Assembly: GCA_037447605.1 (NCBI GenBank)
Contig: CM074814.1
Span: forward strand, 62,001 to 126,000
DNA from: Zygnema circumcarinatum SAG 698-1b
Taxonomy: Eukaryota > Plantae > Zygnematophyceae
DNA: 64,000 nt
Direction: 5' to 3'
Shown one piece after another: positions 10,801-22,159 of the stretch. How positions within the stretch are numbered: position 1 is the first letter of the stretch; each line of letters starts with the position of its first letter. The translations under genes and the position numbers were made by a program. Under the pieces are notes generated by a model, which worked only from the letters and a program-made list of their open reading frames with translations, was not told the origin of the DNA and did no database searches.

Positions 10801-13800
10801 GCCATCTGCCCCGCCCGCCTGCCCGCCATCTGCCCCGCCTGCCCCGCCATCTGCCCGCCACCCTGCCCCTGCCCTGCCCGCCATCCGCCCGCCCGCCCTG
10901 CCCTGCCTGGCCCGCCACCCCCTGCCCTGCCCGCCACCGCCCGCCACCCCGCCCGCCTGCCCGCTACTCCGCCCGCCCGCCCGCTACTCCGCCCGCCCCG
11001 CCACCCCCGTCCCGCCCTGCCCTGCCCGCCACCCCTGCCCTGCCCGGCCTGCCCTGCCACCCTGCCCCGCCCTGCCCCGCCATCCGCCCTGCCCGCCCTG
11101 CCCGCCATCCCGCCCTGCCCGCCTGCCATCTGCCCGTCTGCCATCCGCCCTGCCTGCCCTGCCCTGCCCGCCATCTGCCCTGCCCTGCCCGCCATCTGCC
11201 TGCCACCGCCGCCCCTGCCATCCGCCCTGCCCGCCTGCCCGCTACTCCGCCCTGCCACTCTGCCCTGCCCTGCCCTGGCCCTGCCTGCCCGCCACCCCGC
11301 CCCGCCCTGCCACCCCGCCCCGCCCCGCCCGCCACCCCGCCCTGCCACACGCCCGCCATCCGCCCTGCCATCTGCCCCGCCTGCCCTGCCATCTGCCCTG
11401 CCCGCCGCCATCTGCCCTGCCCTGCCTGCCCGCCACCCCGCCTGCCCTGCCCGCCACCCCCGCCCCTGCCCGCCACTCCGCCCTGCCCCTGCCACCCCTG
11501 CCCCGCCCGCCCGCGCCCGCCACCCGCCGCCACCCATGCCGTCACCACCGCTGCCGCGCCGGGCGCGCGCGCGCACCACCGCGCGCGCCCGCGCGCCGCC
11601 GACTCGCCCGCCACTCGCCGCGCCACGCCCGCTGCGCTGCCTGCCCCGCCCTGCCCGCCATCCGCCCTGTCTGCCCTGCCCGCCCGCCTGCCCTGCCACT
11701 CTGTCTGGTCTGGTCTGCCCGCCACCCCGCCCCTGTTGCCCCTGCCATCTGCCCTGCCCTGCCCTGCCCTCCATCTGCCCTGCCCTGCCATCCCTGCCCT
11801 GCCCTGCCATCTGCCCTGCCATCTGCCCTGCCCGGCCCTGCCACCCTGCCCCGCCCGCCATCTGCCCTGCCCGCCACTCTGCCCTGCCCCACCCGCCTGC
11901 CCCGCCTGCACCGGCCACCCCGCCCTGCCCTGCCCTGCCACCCCGCCCCGCCCGCCCGGCCCGCCTGGCCCCGGCCCGCTACCCCTGCCCTGCCACCCTG
12001 CCCCGCCCTGCCCCGCCATCGCTGCCCTGCCATCTGCCCTGCCATCTGCCCTGCCCTGCCCTGCCATCTGCCCTGCCATCTGCCCTGCCCTGCCCTGCCA
12101 TCTGCCCTGCCCTGCTGCCCTGCCCTGCCCTGCCCTGCCATCTGCCCTGCCATCTGCCCTGCCCTGCAATCTGCCATCTGCCCTGCCATCTGCCCTGCCA
12201 TCTGCCCTGCCATCTGCCCTGCCATCTGCCCTGCCATCTGCCCTGCCCTGCCCTGCCATCTGCCCTGCCCTGCCCTGCTGCCCTGCCATCTGCCCTGCCC
12301 TGCCCTGCCCTGCCCTGCCCTGCCCTGCCCTGCCCTGCCCTGCCCTCTGCCCTGCCATCTGCCCTGCCCTGCCCCCCTGCCCTGCCCTGCTGCCCTGCCC
12401 TGCCCTGCCCTGCCCTGCCATCTGCCCTGCCCTGCCCTGCCCTGCCCCGCCCGGCCTGCCACCCTGCCCCTGCCTGCCCTGCCATCTGCCCGCCACTCTG
12501 CCCCTGCCCTGCCCTGCCATCTGCCCTGCCCCGCCATCTGCTCGCCCTGCCCGCCACCCCGCCCTCACCCGCCCTGCCGCCCGCCACCTCCGCCCTGCCT
12601 GGCCTGCCGCTGCCTGCCCGGCCACTCTGCCCCGCCCTGCCCCGCTGCCATCTGCCCTGCCCCGCCCTGCCCCTGCCCGTCTGCCCCGCCCGCCCTGCCC
12701 TGCCCTGCGACCCCCGCCCCGCCCTGCCCCGCCACCCCGCCCTGCCCTGCCTGGCCTGCCCTGCCCGCCACACGCCCTGCCCTGCCCCGCCATCTGCCCT
12801 GCCGCCTGCCACTCCCGCCCGCCACTCTGCCCCGCCATCTGCCCGCCACCCCGCCCTGCCCTGCCCTGCCTGCCCTGCCCGCCATCCGCCCGCCATCTGC
12901 CCTGCCACCCTGCCCTGCCCCGCCCTGCCCCGCCTGGCCCGCCACCCCGCCCTGCCCCGCCCCGCCCCGCCCGCTACCCCCGTCATCCCGCCCGCCATCC
13001 CGCCCGCCTGCCCCGCTACTCCGCCCCGCCCGCCTGCCTGCCCCGCCCTGCCCCGCCCCGTCTGCCCCGCCCGCCATTCCGCCCGCCCTCACCCTGCCCT
13101 GGCCTGGCCCGGCCTGGCCCCGCCACCCCGCCCTGCCACCCCGTCTGCCCCTGCCCCACCCGCCCTGCCCTGCCCGCCCGCCCTGCCCGCCTGGCCCGCC
13201 CTGCCCCGCCACCCCGCCCGCCCGCCACCCCGCCCCGCCACCCCGCCCTGCCCCGCCATCTGCCCTGCCCTGCCCGCCCGCCACCCCCGCCACCCCGCCC
13301 CGCCACCCTGCCCCGCCCTGCCACCCCCGCCCTGCCCCGCCCTTGCCACCACCCCGCCTGATCCTGCCCGCCATCTGCCCTGCCCCTGGCCTGTGCATCT
13401 GCCCTGCCCGCCTGCCATCTGCCCTGCTACTCTGCCCTGCCCTGCCCCTGGCCACTCTGCTGCCATCTGCCCGCCTGCCCTGCCTGGCCCGCCGCCACCC
13501 GCCTGCCCCGCCATCTGCCCTGCCCTGCCCTGCCATCTGCCCTGCCCTGCCCTGCCCTGCCCTGCCCTGCCATCTGCCCTGCCATCTGCCCTGCCCTGCC
13601 CTGCCATCTGCCCTGCCCTGCCCTGCCATCTGCCCTGCCCAGCCCAGCCCTCAGCCCTGCCCAGCCCTGCCCAGCCAACATCCCACCCCGCGGCCCGGCC
13701 CAGCCCATCCCATCCCACATCCCCGCCCTGCCCTGCCCCTGCCCCGCCAGCCTGCCCCTGCCATCGTCTGCCATCTGCCCTGCCCTGCCTGCCACCCCGC

Positions 13801-16800
13801 CCTGCCATCTGCCCGCCCTGCCCTGCCCTGCCCTGCCCCGCCATCCGCCCTGCCCTGCCCTGCCCTGCCCCCTGCCCTGAGATCTGCCCAGCCATCTGCC
13901 CTGGTCTGCCCTTCTGCCCTGCCATCTGCCCTGCCCTGCCCTGCCCTGCCCTGCCCTGCCATCTGCCCTGCCCTGCCCTGCCCTGCCCTGCCCGCCACCC
14001 TGCCCCTGCCCTGCCCCCATCTGCCCTGCCCGCCATCTGCCCTGCCCCGCCACCCGCCCCGCCCTGCCTGGCCTGCCACTCCGCCCGGCCTGCCTGTGGC
14101 CATCGCCCGCCACCTGCCCCGCCCTGCCCTCTGCCCTGCACTCCGCCCCGCCCTGCCCTGCCATCTGCCCTGCCCTGCCCTGCCCTGCCCTGCCCTGCCA
14201 TCTGCCCTGCCCTGCCCTGCCATCTGCCCTGCCCTGCCTGCCACCCCGCCCGCCATTTGCCTGGCCTGCCCTGCCATCTGCCCTGCCACCTGCCCTGCCA
14301 TCTGCCCTGCCTTGCCATCTGCGCTGCCATCTGCCCTGCCAACGGCCCCCTGCCCTGCCCTGCCCTGCCTGCCCTGCCCTGCCCTGCCCTGCCATCTGCC
14401 CTGCCCTGCCCTGCCCTGCCTGCCCTGCCCTGCCATCTGCCCTGCCCTGCCCTGCTGCCCTGCCATCTGCCCTGCCCTGCCCTGCCATCTGCCCTGCCAC
14501 TGCCCTGCCACCCTGCCCCTGCCCTGCCATCTGCCCGCCATCTGCCCCGCCCGGCCCTGCCCGCCTGGCCCGCCACCTCGCCCTGTCTGCCCGCCCGCCT
14601 GGCCATCGCCGTGGTCTGCCTGCCATCCTGCCTGGCCATGGCCTGCCCCTGCCTGCCTGCCACTCTGCCCTGCCATCCTGCCCGCCATCTGCCCCGCCGT
14701 GCCCATCTGCCCTGCCCTGCCCTGCCCTGCCCTGCCCTGCCCTGCCCTGCCATCTGCCCTGCCCTGCCCTGCCCTGCCCTGCCCTGCCATCTGCCCTGCC
14801 ATCTGCCCTGCCATCTGCCCTGCCATCTGCCCTGCCCTGCCCCGCCATCTGCCTGCCCTGCCCTGCCTGCCTCGCCCGCCCGCCAGCCTGCCTCTGCCCT
14901 GCCACCCCGCCCGCCTGGTCCGGCCACCTCCTCTGCCCTGCCATTCGCCCTGCCCGCCTGCCACTGCCATCTGCCCTGCCTGCCCTGCTATCCTGCCCTG
15001 CCCTGCCCGTGACGCCCTGCCCCGCCACCCTGCCCCTGCCCTGCCTGCTGCCACCCTGTCCTGCCCTGCCCCGCCCTGCCTGCCGCCGCCTGCCTGCCAC
15101 CCTGCCCTGCCATCCGCCCTGCCCCGCCCTGCCCTGCCACCCCCGCCCGCCCGCCACTTCGCCCGCCCTGCCCTGCCTGCCCGCCACCCTGTCGCCTGCC
15201 ACCTGGTCTGCCACCCTGCCCTGCCCGCCACCCTGCCCTGGCCACCCCGCCCCTGCCCTGCCATCTGCCCTGCCCTGCCCTGCCCTGCCATCCTGCCATC
15301 CCCTGCCCTGCCATCTGCCCTGCCATCTGCCCTGCCCTGCCCTGCCCTGCCCTGCCCTGCCCTGCCCTGCCATCTGCCCTGCCCTGCCCTGCCATCTGCC
15401 CTGCCCTGCCATCTGCCCTGCCATCCATCCCCTGCCCTGCCCTGCCCTGCCCTGCCCAGCCCTGCCCAGCCCAGCCCTGCCCTCAGCCCAGCCCTGCCCA
15501 GCCCTGCCCCGCCATCTGCCCCGCCATTCGCCCTGTCCGCCCGCCCTGCCCGCCACTCCGCCCCGCCCGCCCGCCACCCCGCCCCGCCCGCCCCGCCACT
15601 CTGCCCTGCCCTGCCGCCCGGCCACCCCTGCCCTGCCATCTGCCCTGCCCTGCCTGCCCGCTATCTGCCCCGCCTGCCCGCCTGCCCCGCCACCCGCCCT
15701 GCCCTGCCCTGCCCTGCCCTGCCCTGCCATCTGCCCTGCCCTGCCCTGCCCTGCCCTGCCCTGCCCTGCCCTGCCATCTGCCCTGCCATCTGCCCTGCCC
15801 TGCCCTGCCCTGCCATCTGCCCTGCCCTGCCCTGCCCTGCCCTGCCCTGCCCTGCCCCTGCCCTGCCATCTGCCTGCTGCCATCTGCCCTGCCATCTGCC
15901 CTGCCATCTGCCCTGCCCTCTGCCCTGCCCTCTGCCCTGCCCTGCCCTCCGCCCTGCCCTGCCCTGCCTGCTGCCACTCTGCCCCGCCATCTGCCCGCCT
16001 GCCATCCCCCTGCCCTGTCTGCCCTGCCCCGCCTGGCCTGCCCCGCCCGGCCTGCCTGCCCTGCCTGCCCGCCACCCCCTGCCCTGCCCGCCTGCCCTGC
16101 CCGCCCGCCTGCCCCGCCCGCCCGCCCGCCCGCCCTGCCCGCCCGCCCTGCCCCGCCCTGCCCCGCCCCGCCACCCCGCCCCGCCCCGCCCGCCCCGCCA
16201 CCCTGCCCCGCCCCGCCACCTGCCCTGCCATCACCCCAGCCCAGCCCCGACGTGGCCTCTGCCCTGCCCTGCCCTGCCCTGCCCTGCCCTGCCCTGCCAT
16301 CTGCCCTGCCATCTGCCCTGCCCTGCCATCTGCCCTGCCCTGCCCTGCCCTGCCCTGCCCTGCCCTGCCCTGCCCTGCCATCTGCCCTGCCCTGCCATCT
16401 GCCCTGCCCTGCCCTGCCCTGCCCTGCCCTGCCCTGCCATCTGCCCTGCCCTGCCATCTCTGCCATCTGCCCTGCCATCTGCCCTGCCATCTGCCCTGCC
16501 ATCTGCCCTGCCATCTGCTCTGCCTGCTATCCCTGCCACTCTGCCCGCCATCTGCCCTGCCCGCCATCTGCCCTGCCACTCTGCCCTGCCATCTGCCCTG
16601 CCCGCCACCCTGCCCCGCCATCTGCCCTGCCCCGCCATCTGCCCCGCCCGCCCGCCCTGCCATCTGCCCTGCCCTGCCCGCCCGCCCGCCCGCCCGCCTG
16701 CCCCTCCTGCCCGCCATCCGCCCGCCCCTCCTGCCCGCCCCTGCCATCCGCCCGCCATCCTGCCCCGCCCCGCCATCTCCCCGTCCCTCTTCCCTGCCCT

Positions 16801-19800
16801 CCCCCGGCCCTGCCCTGCCCTGCCCTGCCCTGCCATCTGCCCTGCCCTGCCCTGCCCTGCCCTGCCATCTGCCCTGCCATCTGCCCTGCCCTCTGCCCTG
16901 CCCTCTGCCCTGCCATCTGCCCTGCCATCTGCCCGGCCAACTGCCCTGCCCTCAGCCCGGCCCTGCCCTGCCCTGCCCTGCCCTGCCCTGCCTTCTGCCC
17001 TGCCATGCCTGCCCTGCCCCGCCCTGCCCTGCCATCTGCCCTGCCCTGCCCTGCCATCTGCCCTGCCATCTGCCCTGCCATCTGCCCTGCCCTGCCCTGC
17101 CCTGCCCTGCCCTGCCCTGCCCTGCCCTGCCATCTGCCCTGCCATCTGCCCTGCCCTGCCCTGCCCTGCCCTGCCCTGCCCTGCCCTGCCCTGCCCTGCC
17201 ATCTGCCCTGCCCTGCCCTCTGCCATCTGCCCTCTGCCCTGCCATCTGCTCTGCCCTGCCATCTGCCCTGCCATCTGCTCTGCCCTGCCATCTGCCCTGC
17301 CATCTGCCCTGCCATCTGCCCTGCCATCTGCCCTGCCATCTGCCCTGCCATCTGCCCTGCCATCTGCCCTGCCTGTGGCACGAGGCGAGCATCTCCACTG
17401 CGCGCCGAGCGGCCTCTGCTCCGCGCCGACTCGGCAGCAGGGACGGCACTGCGGTCACGTCACACAGCAGCGCTGCGCCCCCCCCCCTCTCCCCTCCCCC
17501 TGTGAGGCGGGCGAGCCCCCACAATGCGAGGCAGGGAGGAGGGCCCTTCTGCGGGAGGAGGCGAGCCAGACTTTGGGATCCGCAACGTCATACCGCAGTG
17601 CGCCGGTTGGCCGTCTCTCCCAGCTCTCCCAGCTTCTTGGTAGTACGCCTCCAGGCTCTGAACCGCCAACAGGAATAAGGTAAGCATGGGGGAATCAGAA
17701 AATGAAGGGGATGAAACACATAACGAAAACACTCCGCGCTGCACCAGCTAAGAAGAAAAAAGAAAGAAAAGAAAGTAAACGAAAAATGAAAAAAGAAAAG
17801 AAAGAAAACAAGAGAAAAGAAAGAAAGAAAGAGAAAGAAAGAAAGAAAGAGAAAAAAAGAAAGAAAGAAAGAAAGAAAGAAGAAAGAGAAGAAGAAAGAG
17901 TCGCAGAAATTGGGTGCAAAAGATAGCTCCAAACACGCTGCTGCCTTCACCTGAGGCCAGCCGTAGTGAATAATGCGCCGCACATCCGCTTTGTCGATCC
18001 CCATGCCGAAGGCGATGGTTGCCACCACAACCTTCAAACGAAGGAATGACGGCAATGCCAATGCCAATCAACAAACCCGAAGCAAAGGAAAAGCCGCAAT
18101 CACAAGACGAGAGGCGAACGGCCACTCTCACCTGCAGCGTTCCATCATGGAAGCCATCGTGCACTTTTCGTAAAGTCGCTTTCGGTAGCTGCAATGGAAA
18201 GGGATGAAGGCCAGTCAGCTCCTCGAACTGTGGCGAGAGAGAGTTGAGGTTTCAGAGGCTGTTGAACAGTTTTGGAAGCAATTCGGATGAAGCAAACGAG
18301 CTGGCCCTTGAAAGGTGCTTCAACCCCTCAGCTTTCTGATCTTCTCCCCATTTGAAGTGTCAGCGTTTCTTCACTCACCCCTGCATGGTACGCGGCTGCT
18401 TTCACTTGTCGGCCTATCAAATACTTGGCGATTCGCTCCGCCTCCTTCCTGGTGGGAACATAAACAATCGACATTCCCAGCCCCAAGGTCTGCCCTTCTC
18501 CATGTCCACGCCTGCCAGCACCATCCGACAAACTCGCAGTTGCTGAAGAACAAGTTCCAAACGCTCCGCATGACTCTGCCGGCCAAACAAGAATCATATC
18601 AGCTCTCCAATCTTGCTCAAAATATAAATCTCTTCATTTCCGGATTACTCTACAAGAATACCACAAGGCGTGGAAGAGAATATTAAGTCAAGAAGAGCAG
18701 TTCGACTGACAAAAGGACAAAATCTGCAAGTGAACTCATCCCTAGGGTCATCTAAGGACTAAGCAGCTCACCTTCAAAATCACCTCCCATGCGTTCATCT
18801 TCTTCTCCGTTTCCACTGCTTCCGATCATTTGCCCATGTTCATCCTCCTGTTCACTGCCCTTCTCACGATCATCGTCTTCCTCATAAACGCTTTCCTCTG
18901 AATCACTGCCCTCCTCACTCTCGCTGCAATTTCTGGCCTCTTCTCCAGTAGAAGGATGCACATCCTCAACTATCTTTGCCTCAGTATTGAAAAAAGCAGT
19001 CCCAGTCATGCCCCCCCTCATCACCCCCTTCTCTTTTCTGTTTCTCCATACGTCATTCCGTAGCCCCTCTGACTTTGTATGCATCCGGCGGTCCCTAGCC
19101 ACACAATGCGATGCATCTGCATTTTCTGTGATTCCAGGACCTGCTGAATGCCCATTGCTATTCGAGTTTTTGGGAATCTGCCTCAATCTGCATTCTGTGA
19201 TTAAGTCCTCAAAATCATGCGCATATGACGCCGGTTTTGTCGTTTTGCTGTGCCGCACCTGCACCTCCGAACAAGACGCACATGAAAGGAGCAGGAGAGG
19301 CAGACCGAGACTGACGGGAAGAAAAAGAAACAAAGTGGTTTAAGGGAGACATATAAGTTGAGGGAGGACGAGCGGGTAAAAAGCGGGAGACAGCAAGCGA
19401 GGGAGGGGGGGAGTGAAGAGGCGCACACCGAGAAAACTAAGTTGGGACGGTAATAGCTCGTGCTGACGATTTTGGGATTAGCATCAGCTATTCCCAGAGA
19501 CTTTAAAATATCTTCTTGCACGCTAGGAGTTGCAGTCGCTGTCAGCGCCATGATGGGGCCGACGTTCACTCCGACCACTTCTTTCCGAAAGTGCACCTTC
19601 AAAGCTGCAAGCTGCCTGGCTAAACCCCACCCTTTAAGTCACTAAGAAAATTCACGTCAAGAGTTCAGTTAGAAAAAGAGATTCCAAACTCTCCCTCTCC
19701 AAAAAACGGCACATCGAGAGCTAAAACGAGAGCTGACCTGTATTCTGGTCGGAAGTCATGTCCCCACTTTGAGATGCAATGTGCTTCGTCAATAGCAAAG

Positions 19801-21748
19801 AGAGCGATACCTCGGCCTTTTGCCAGCTGTTGCAGTGGGCCCAACAGCCTGCAAGGAGCAGCACAACAGGCTTACACTAAGCTCAACTTGCATATCAACT
19901 TAAGCTTATCACAGCGCTTGAACTTGCTCTGTTGTGCCCGGCGCATGGGTGTTTATGAAGTTCTCGATTATCACTCATCTTCCCAGGGGCGTGAGGTGTG
20001 CCCAAGGGTATCAGCTTGCTGGAAGTAGCAAATCATTGCCTCACTCCATGTTTAGAGTCAACTTTAAGAAAAGAATGCAATCAGCAGCTGGACTGATAAA
20101 AAATGACAGACGAGTGTAAACACCGTGCAGGAGTTTTGAGGCTCGTTAAAGACTGATACCTCTGTAAAGACTCCGGACAAATATACACAATATTAAACTG
20201 CCCAGCCATCGCTCGCCCTTCAACGAGAGGATCAGGCTGGCCGGAACCCAAAAAGGCAGCTGCTATTCCGCGCCTGGCAAGCTGCTGACATTGGTCACGC
20301 ATGAGAGATATGAGGGGCGAAATCACAACCGTAACTTTCCCCGTCATGAGGGCCGGCAATTGAAAGCAGAGAGATTTCCCTACATGGATACCAAGGCCTG
20401 AATCAGGATATGCAGGTGTTCCTTAAATCTCGGTTTTGCCATGAGTAATTGCACCAGAAACCAATGATCTTTTACAATGTCAATCCTGCTACGTTGCCTT
20501 TGAGTTGAGCCATTAATTTGACGTCCATTCATGCCGTGAAGAAATCGCAAACGAGATGGATCTGAAAGGTGTATCCTGCTCTAACTACCATGCTCCAGTA
20601 CACGAAAGATGGAACATCCCCAATAAAGGAAAGCCCACAAAAGGTTGAGAGGCGGATTCAAACTGACCACTTCCTGTTGCCGCGAGAACAAAACAGTCTC
20701 GACCCTCCGCCCATCCAGCCAGCACCTCGGACTGAAATGGTTTCAAACCCGAGAATCCAAAATATTTTTTCAGTGCAACTTCAGCGGCTACCTGCCAATC
20801 CGCGGATGACCCGGCAGCTTTGGTTTCTTGAACAGTGCTGCAGTCCGCAACATGTTGCGGCTCCTGAACTCGAGAATAGCTTGTTCTCTCCCTACTAAAC
20901 ATTCCCACCTCAGGTGCATGTGGCAAAGTGGACTGAGGGGCAAAAGCTCGCTGATGGTGATGCGATGATGGTGGATACATCCTCTGCGTACGATTATCCG
21001 TCTTTCCACCACGGTCTTGTAATGGACTTTCTTCTGTTTTTCGCTTCTTGTTCACCTCATTCTGCATGCTCCCGAAGTCCCATTGACCTCTCTTCATGGT
21101 ATTTCCACAACTTTTCTCAGCATGAAAAGCATTATTAAACTCCACCTTTGGGACGTCCACAGTCTTTGACCCCAATGAGTGCTCATCGTCTTCCTTTTCT
21201 ACTTCTTGAACCATTCTCCTTTTCAAGACCTCTGTCTTGACTTCTCCACGTGAGTCACGATCTTCTGCTTCTTGCAAGTTTCTCAATCTTGCAGTTTTCA
21301 TTCTCATTCCTGGCACTGCTCTAAGCCCCGCAGCCTTTCCATGTCGTTCCCCTGTTCCATCGCCGGACTCCTGTATGCCGTTCGCTTGTCCTGATTCTCC
21401 AACATATCTTTCCTGCTGCAAGTTACGTACTCTCGTTTGTTCTCTCGGGGTTGCTTTCTTCACATTTTCTGTCGTCTCTCGCCGTAGGTGGCCCTTCCCA
21501 TGACTGAGATTCCCCACCCCCTCGGAAAGTTTGGCAGGGAACTCTACCCCTAATCCTGATTCCGGAACCTCAGGGAAAGCAACAACGTCAGCCATTAATA
21601 ATATATCCACAGCTGTCTGCAGGGAAGAAAATGCAGAAGCTTCCAGAGCATTCCAGGCATGAACCGGATCATAACCCAGAGAAACGAGCTCGGTGAGCCA
21701 CCCATCTCTCTGTAACTGAGAGCTAAGTGTTCCCTCCAGCCTGTCCAT
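4882..21748 (-). CDS. RECQSIM: RecQsim-type ATP-dependent DNA helicase (N-terminal UBA-like domain, acidic insertion in the helicase core, RQC zinc region); about 15 exons including one 11.1 kb intron
   Basis: Exons ~21748-20668, 20379-20160, 19848-19738, 19615-19429, 19258-18772, 18542-18379, 18188-18132, 18031-17951, 17657-17594, 17472-17373, 6224-6141, 5910-5820, 5687-5598, 5497-5414 and 5265-4882. Motifs: [121 protein letters not shown]...[25 protein letters not shown]. The Asp/Glu-rich insert near 18800-18960 and the UBA-like N-terminus are RecQsim hallmarks. Confidence 0.92.
6225..17372 (-). other. 11.1 kb GC-AG intron of RecQsim, filled with satellite
   Basis: Joining exon ...ATG CTC GCC TCG TGC CAC AG (ends 17373) to G TAC GGG ATT (starts 6224) restores the conserved MLxxCxRYG...CR sequence in frame. 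The intron begins GCAGGG and ends GCGCAG. No GT occurs between the exon end and the first in-frame stop at 16952. Confidence 0.8.
6341..17372. repeat. ~11 kb complex satellite built from CCCTG (GGGCA on -), CCATCTG, the 12-mer CCATCTGCCCTG and CCCG/CCACC/CCACTCTG variants; strong C(+)/G(-) strand skew
   Basis: Directly visible. Examples are pure (CCCTG)n runs at ~6810-6850 and ~12295-12345, and perfect 12-mer runs at ~12175-12245 and ~17280-17372. Confidence 0.97.
17748..17900. repeat. Polypurine (GAAA)n-like low-complexity tract inside a RecQsim intron (U/C-rich on the sense strand)
   Basis: aagaagaaaaaagaaagaaaagaaag... visible within the intron 17658-17950. Confidence 0.9.
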
Positions 21749-22050
21749 TTTTTGATGACAAACGCCCACTAAAAACCAAACGGGCAACTACCCACACGCC
21801 AGAACCCACGCACAATGCTCATGCCACACCAAGTGGCCAGTTACAAAAGAAAAGACTTGAACTCTCGCACTGATCATGACTAGACCACAATTTGCGCCCT
21901 CTTTCATCGCGAGCAGGAGGGCTCCTCTGAGCAATTGCAGACATCAATGTCACTGCAGTGAAGCTATTGTGAGGCACATGGCATGCACAGTGGCAAGCAG
22001 TCCCCGAGCGAAGCTCAGCCCCCCAACTTTCACCCTGCGCCCGCCTCCCT

Positions 22051-22159
22051 CCCGCCAAAACACGCCATCGCCGGTTGGCACAGTGCCGAGCAGTTTGGCG
22101 CCTTTTCTGCGCTCCGCCGTTTGAAGCGTTTTCGCTCTCCCGCCTCCTCTTCTTTCAAA
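22051..22159. promoter_or_regulatory. Bidirectional promoter core between RecQsim and ATXR5/6 with two oppositely oriented E2F sites and two CHR-like TTTGAA elements
   Basis: CCCGCCAAA at 22051-22059 (TTTGGCGGG on -); TTTGGCGCC at 22094-22102 (+); TTTGAA at 22120-22125; TTCAAA at 22154-22159. The E2F consensus is TTTSSCGS. Confidence 0.65.

Noticed and set aside
6341-17372. Satellite as a CRISPR array, telomere or transposon
   Set aside because: No constant repeat with unique spacers and no cas genes; the unit is not TTTAGGG-like; no terminal repeats, target-site duplication or transposase/RT motifs.
5975-17683. Giant ORFs (up to 2535 aa) of Pro/Cys/Ala-rich or Gly/Arg/Gln-rich sequence on both strands
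   Set aside because: They overlap across frames on both strands because the repeat units almost never form stop codons. The region is best explained as an intron between two consecutive RecQsim exons, with no frame preference to suggest coding.
17695-17926. Lys/Glu-rich and Phe/Ser-rich ORFs
   Set aside because: They are translations of the intronic (GAAA)n tract.
18772-19258. Acidic insertion within the helicase domain as a novelty
   Set aside because: It is the known defining feature of the RecQsim subfamily.
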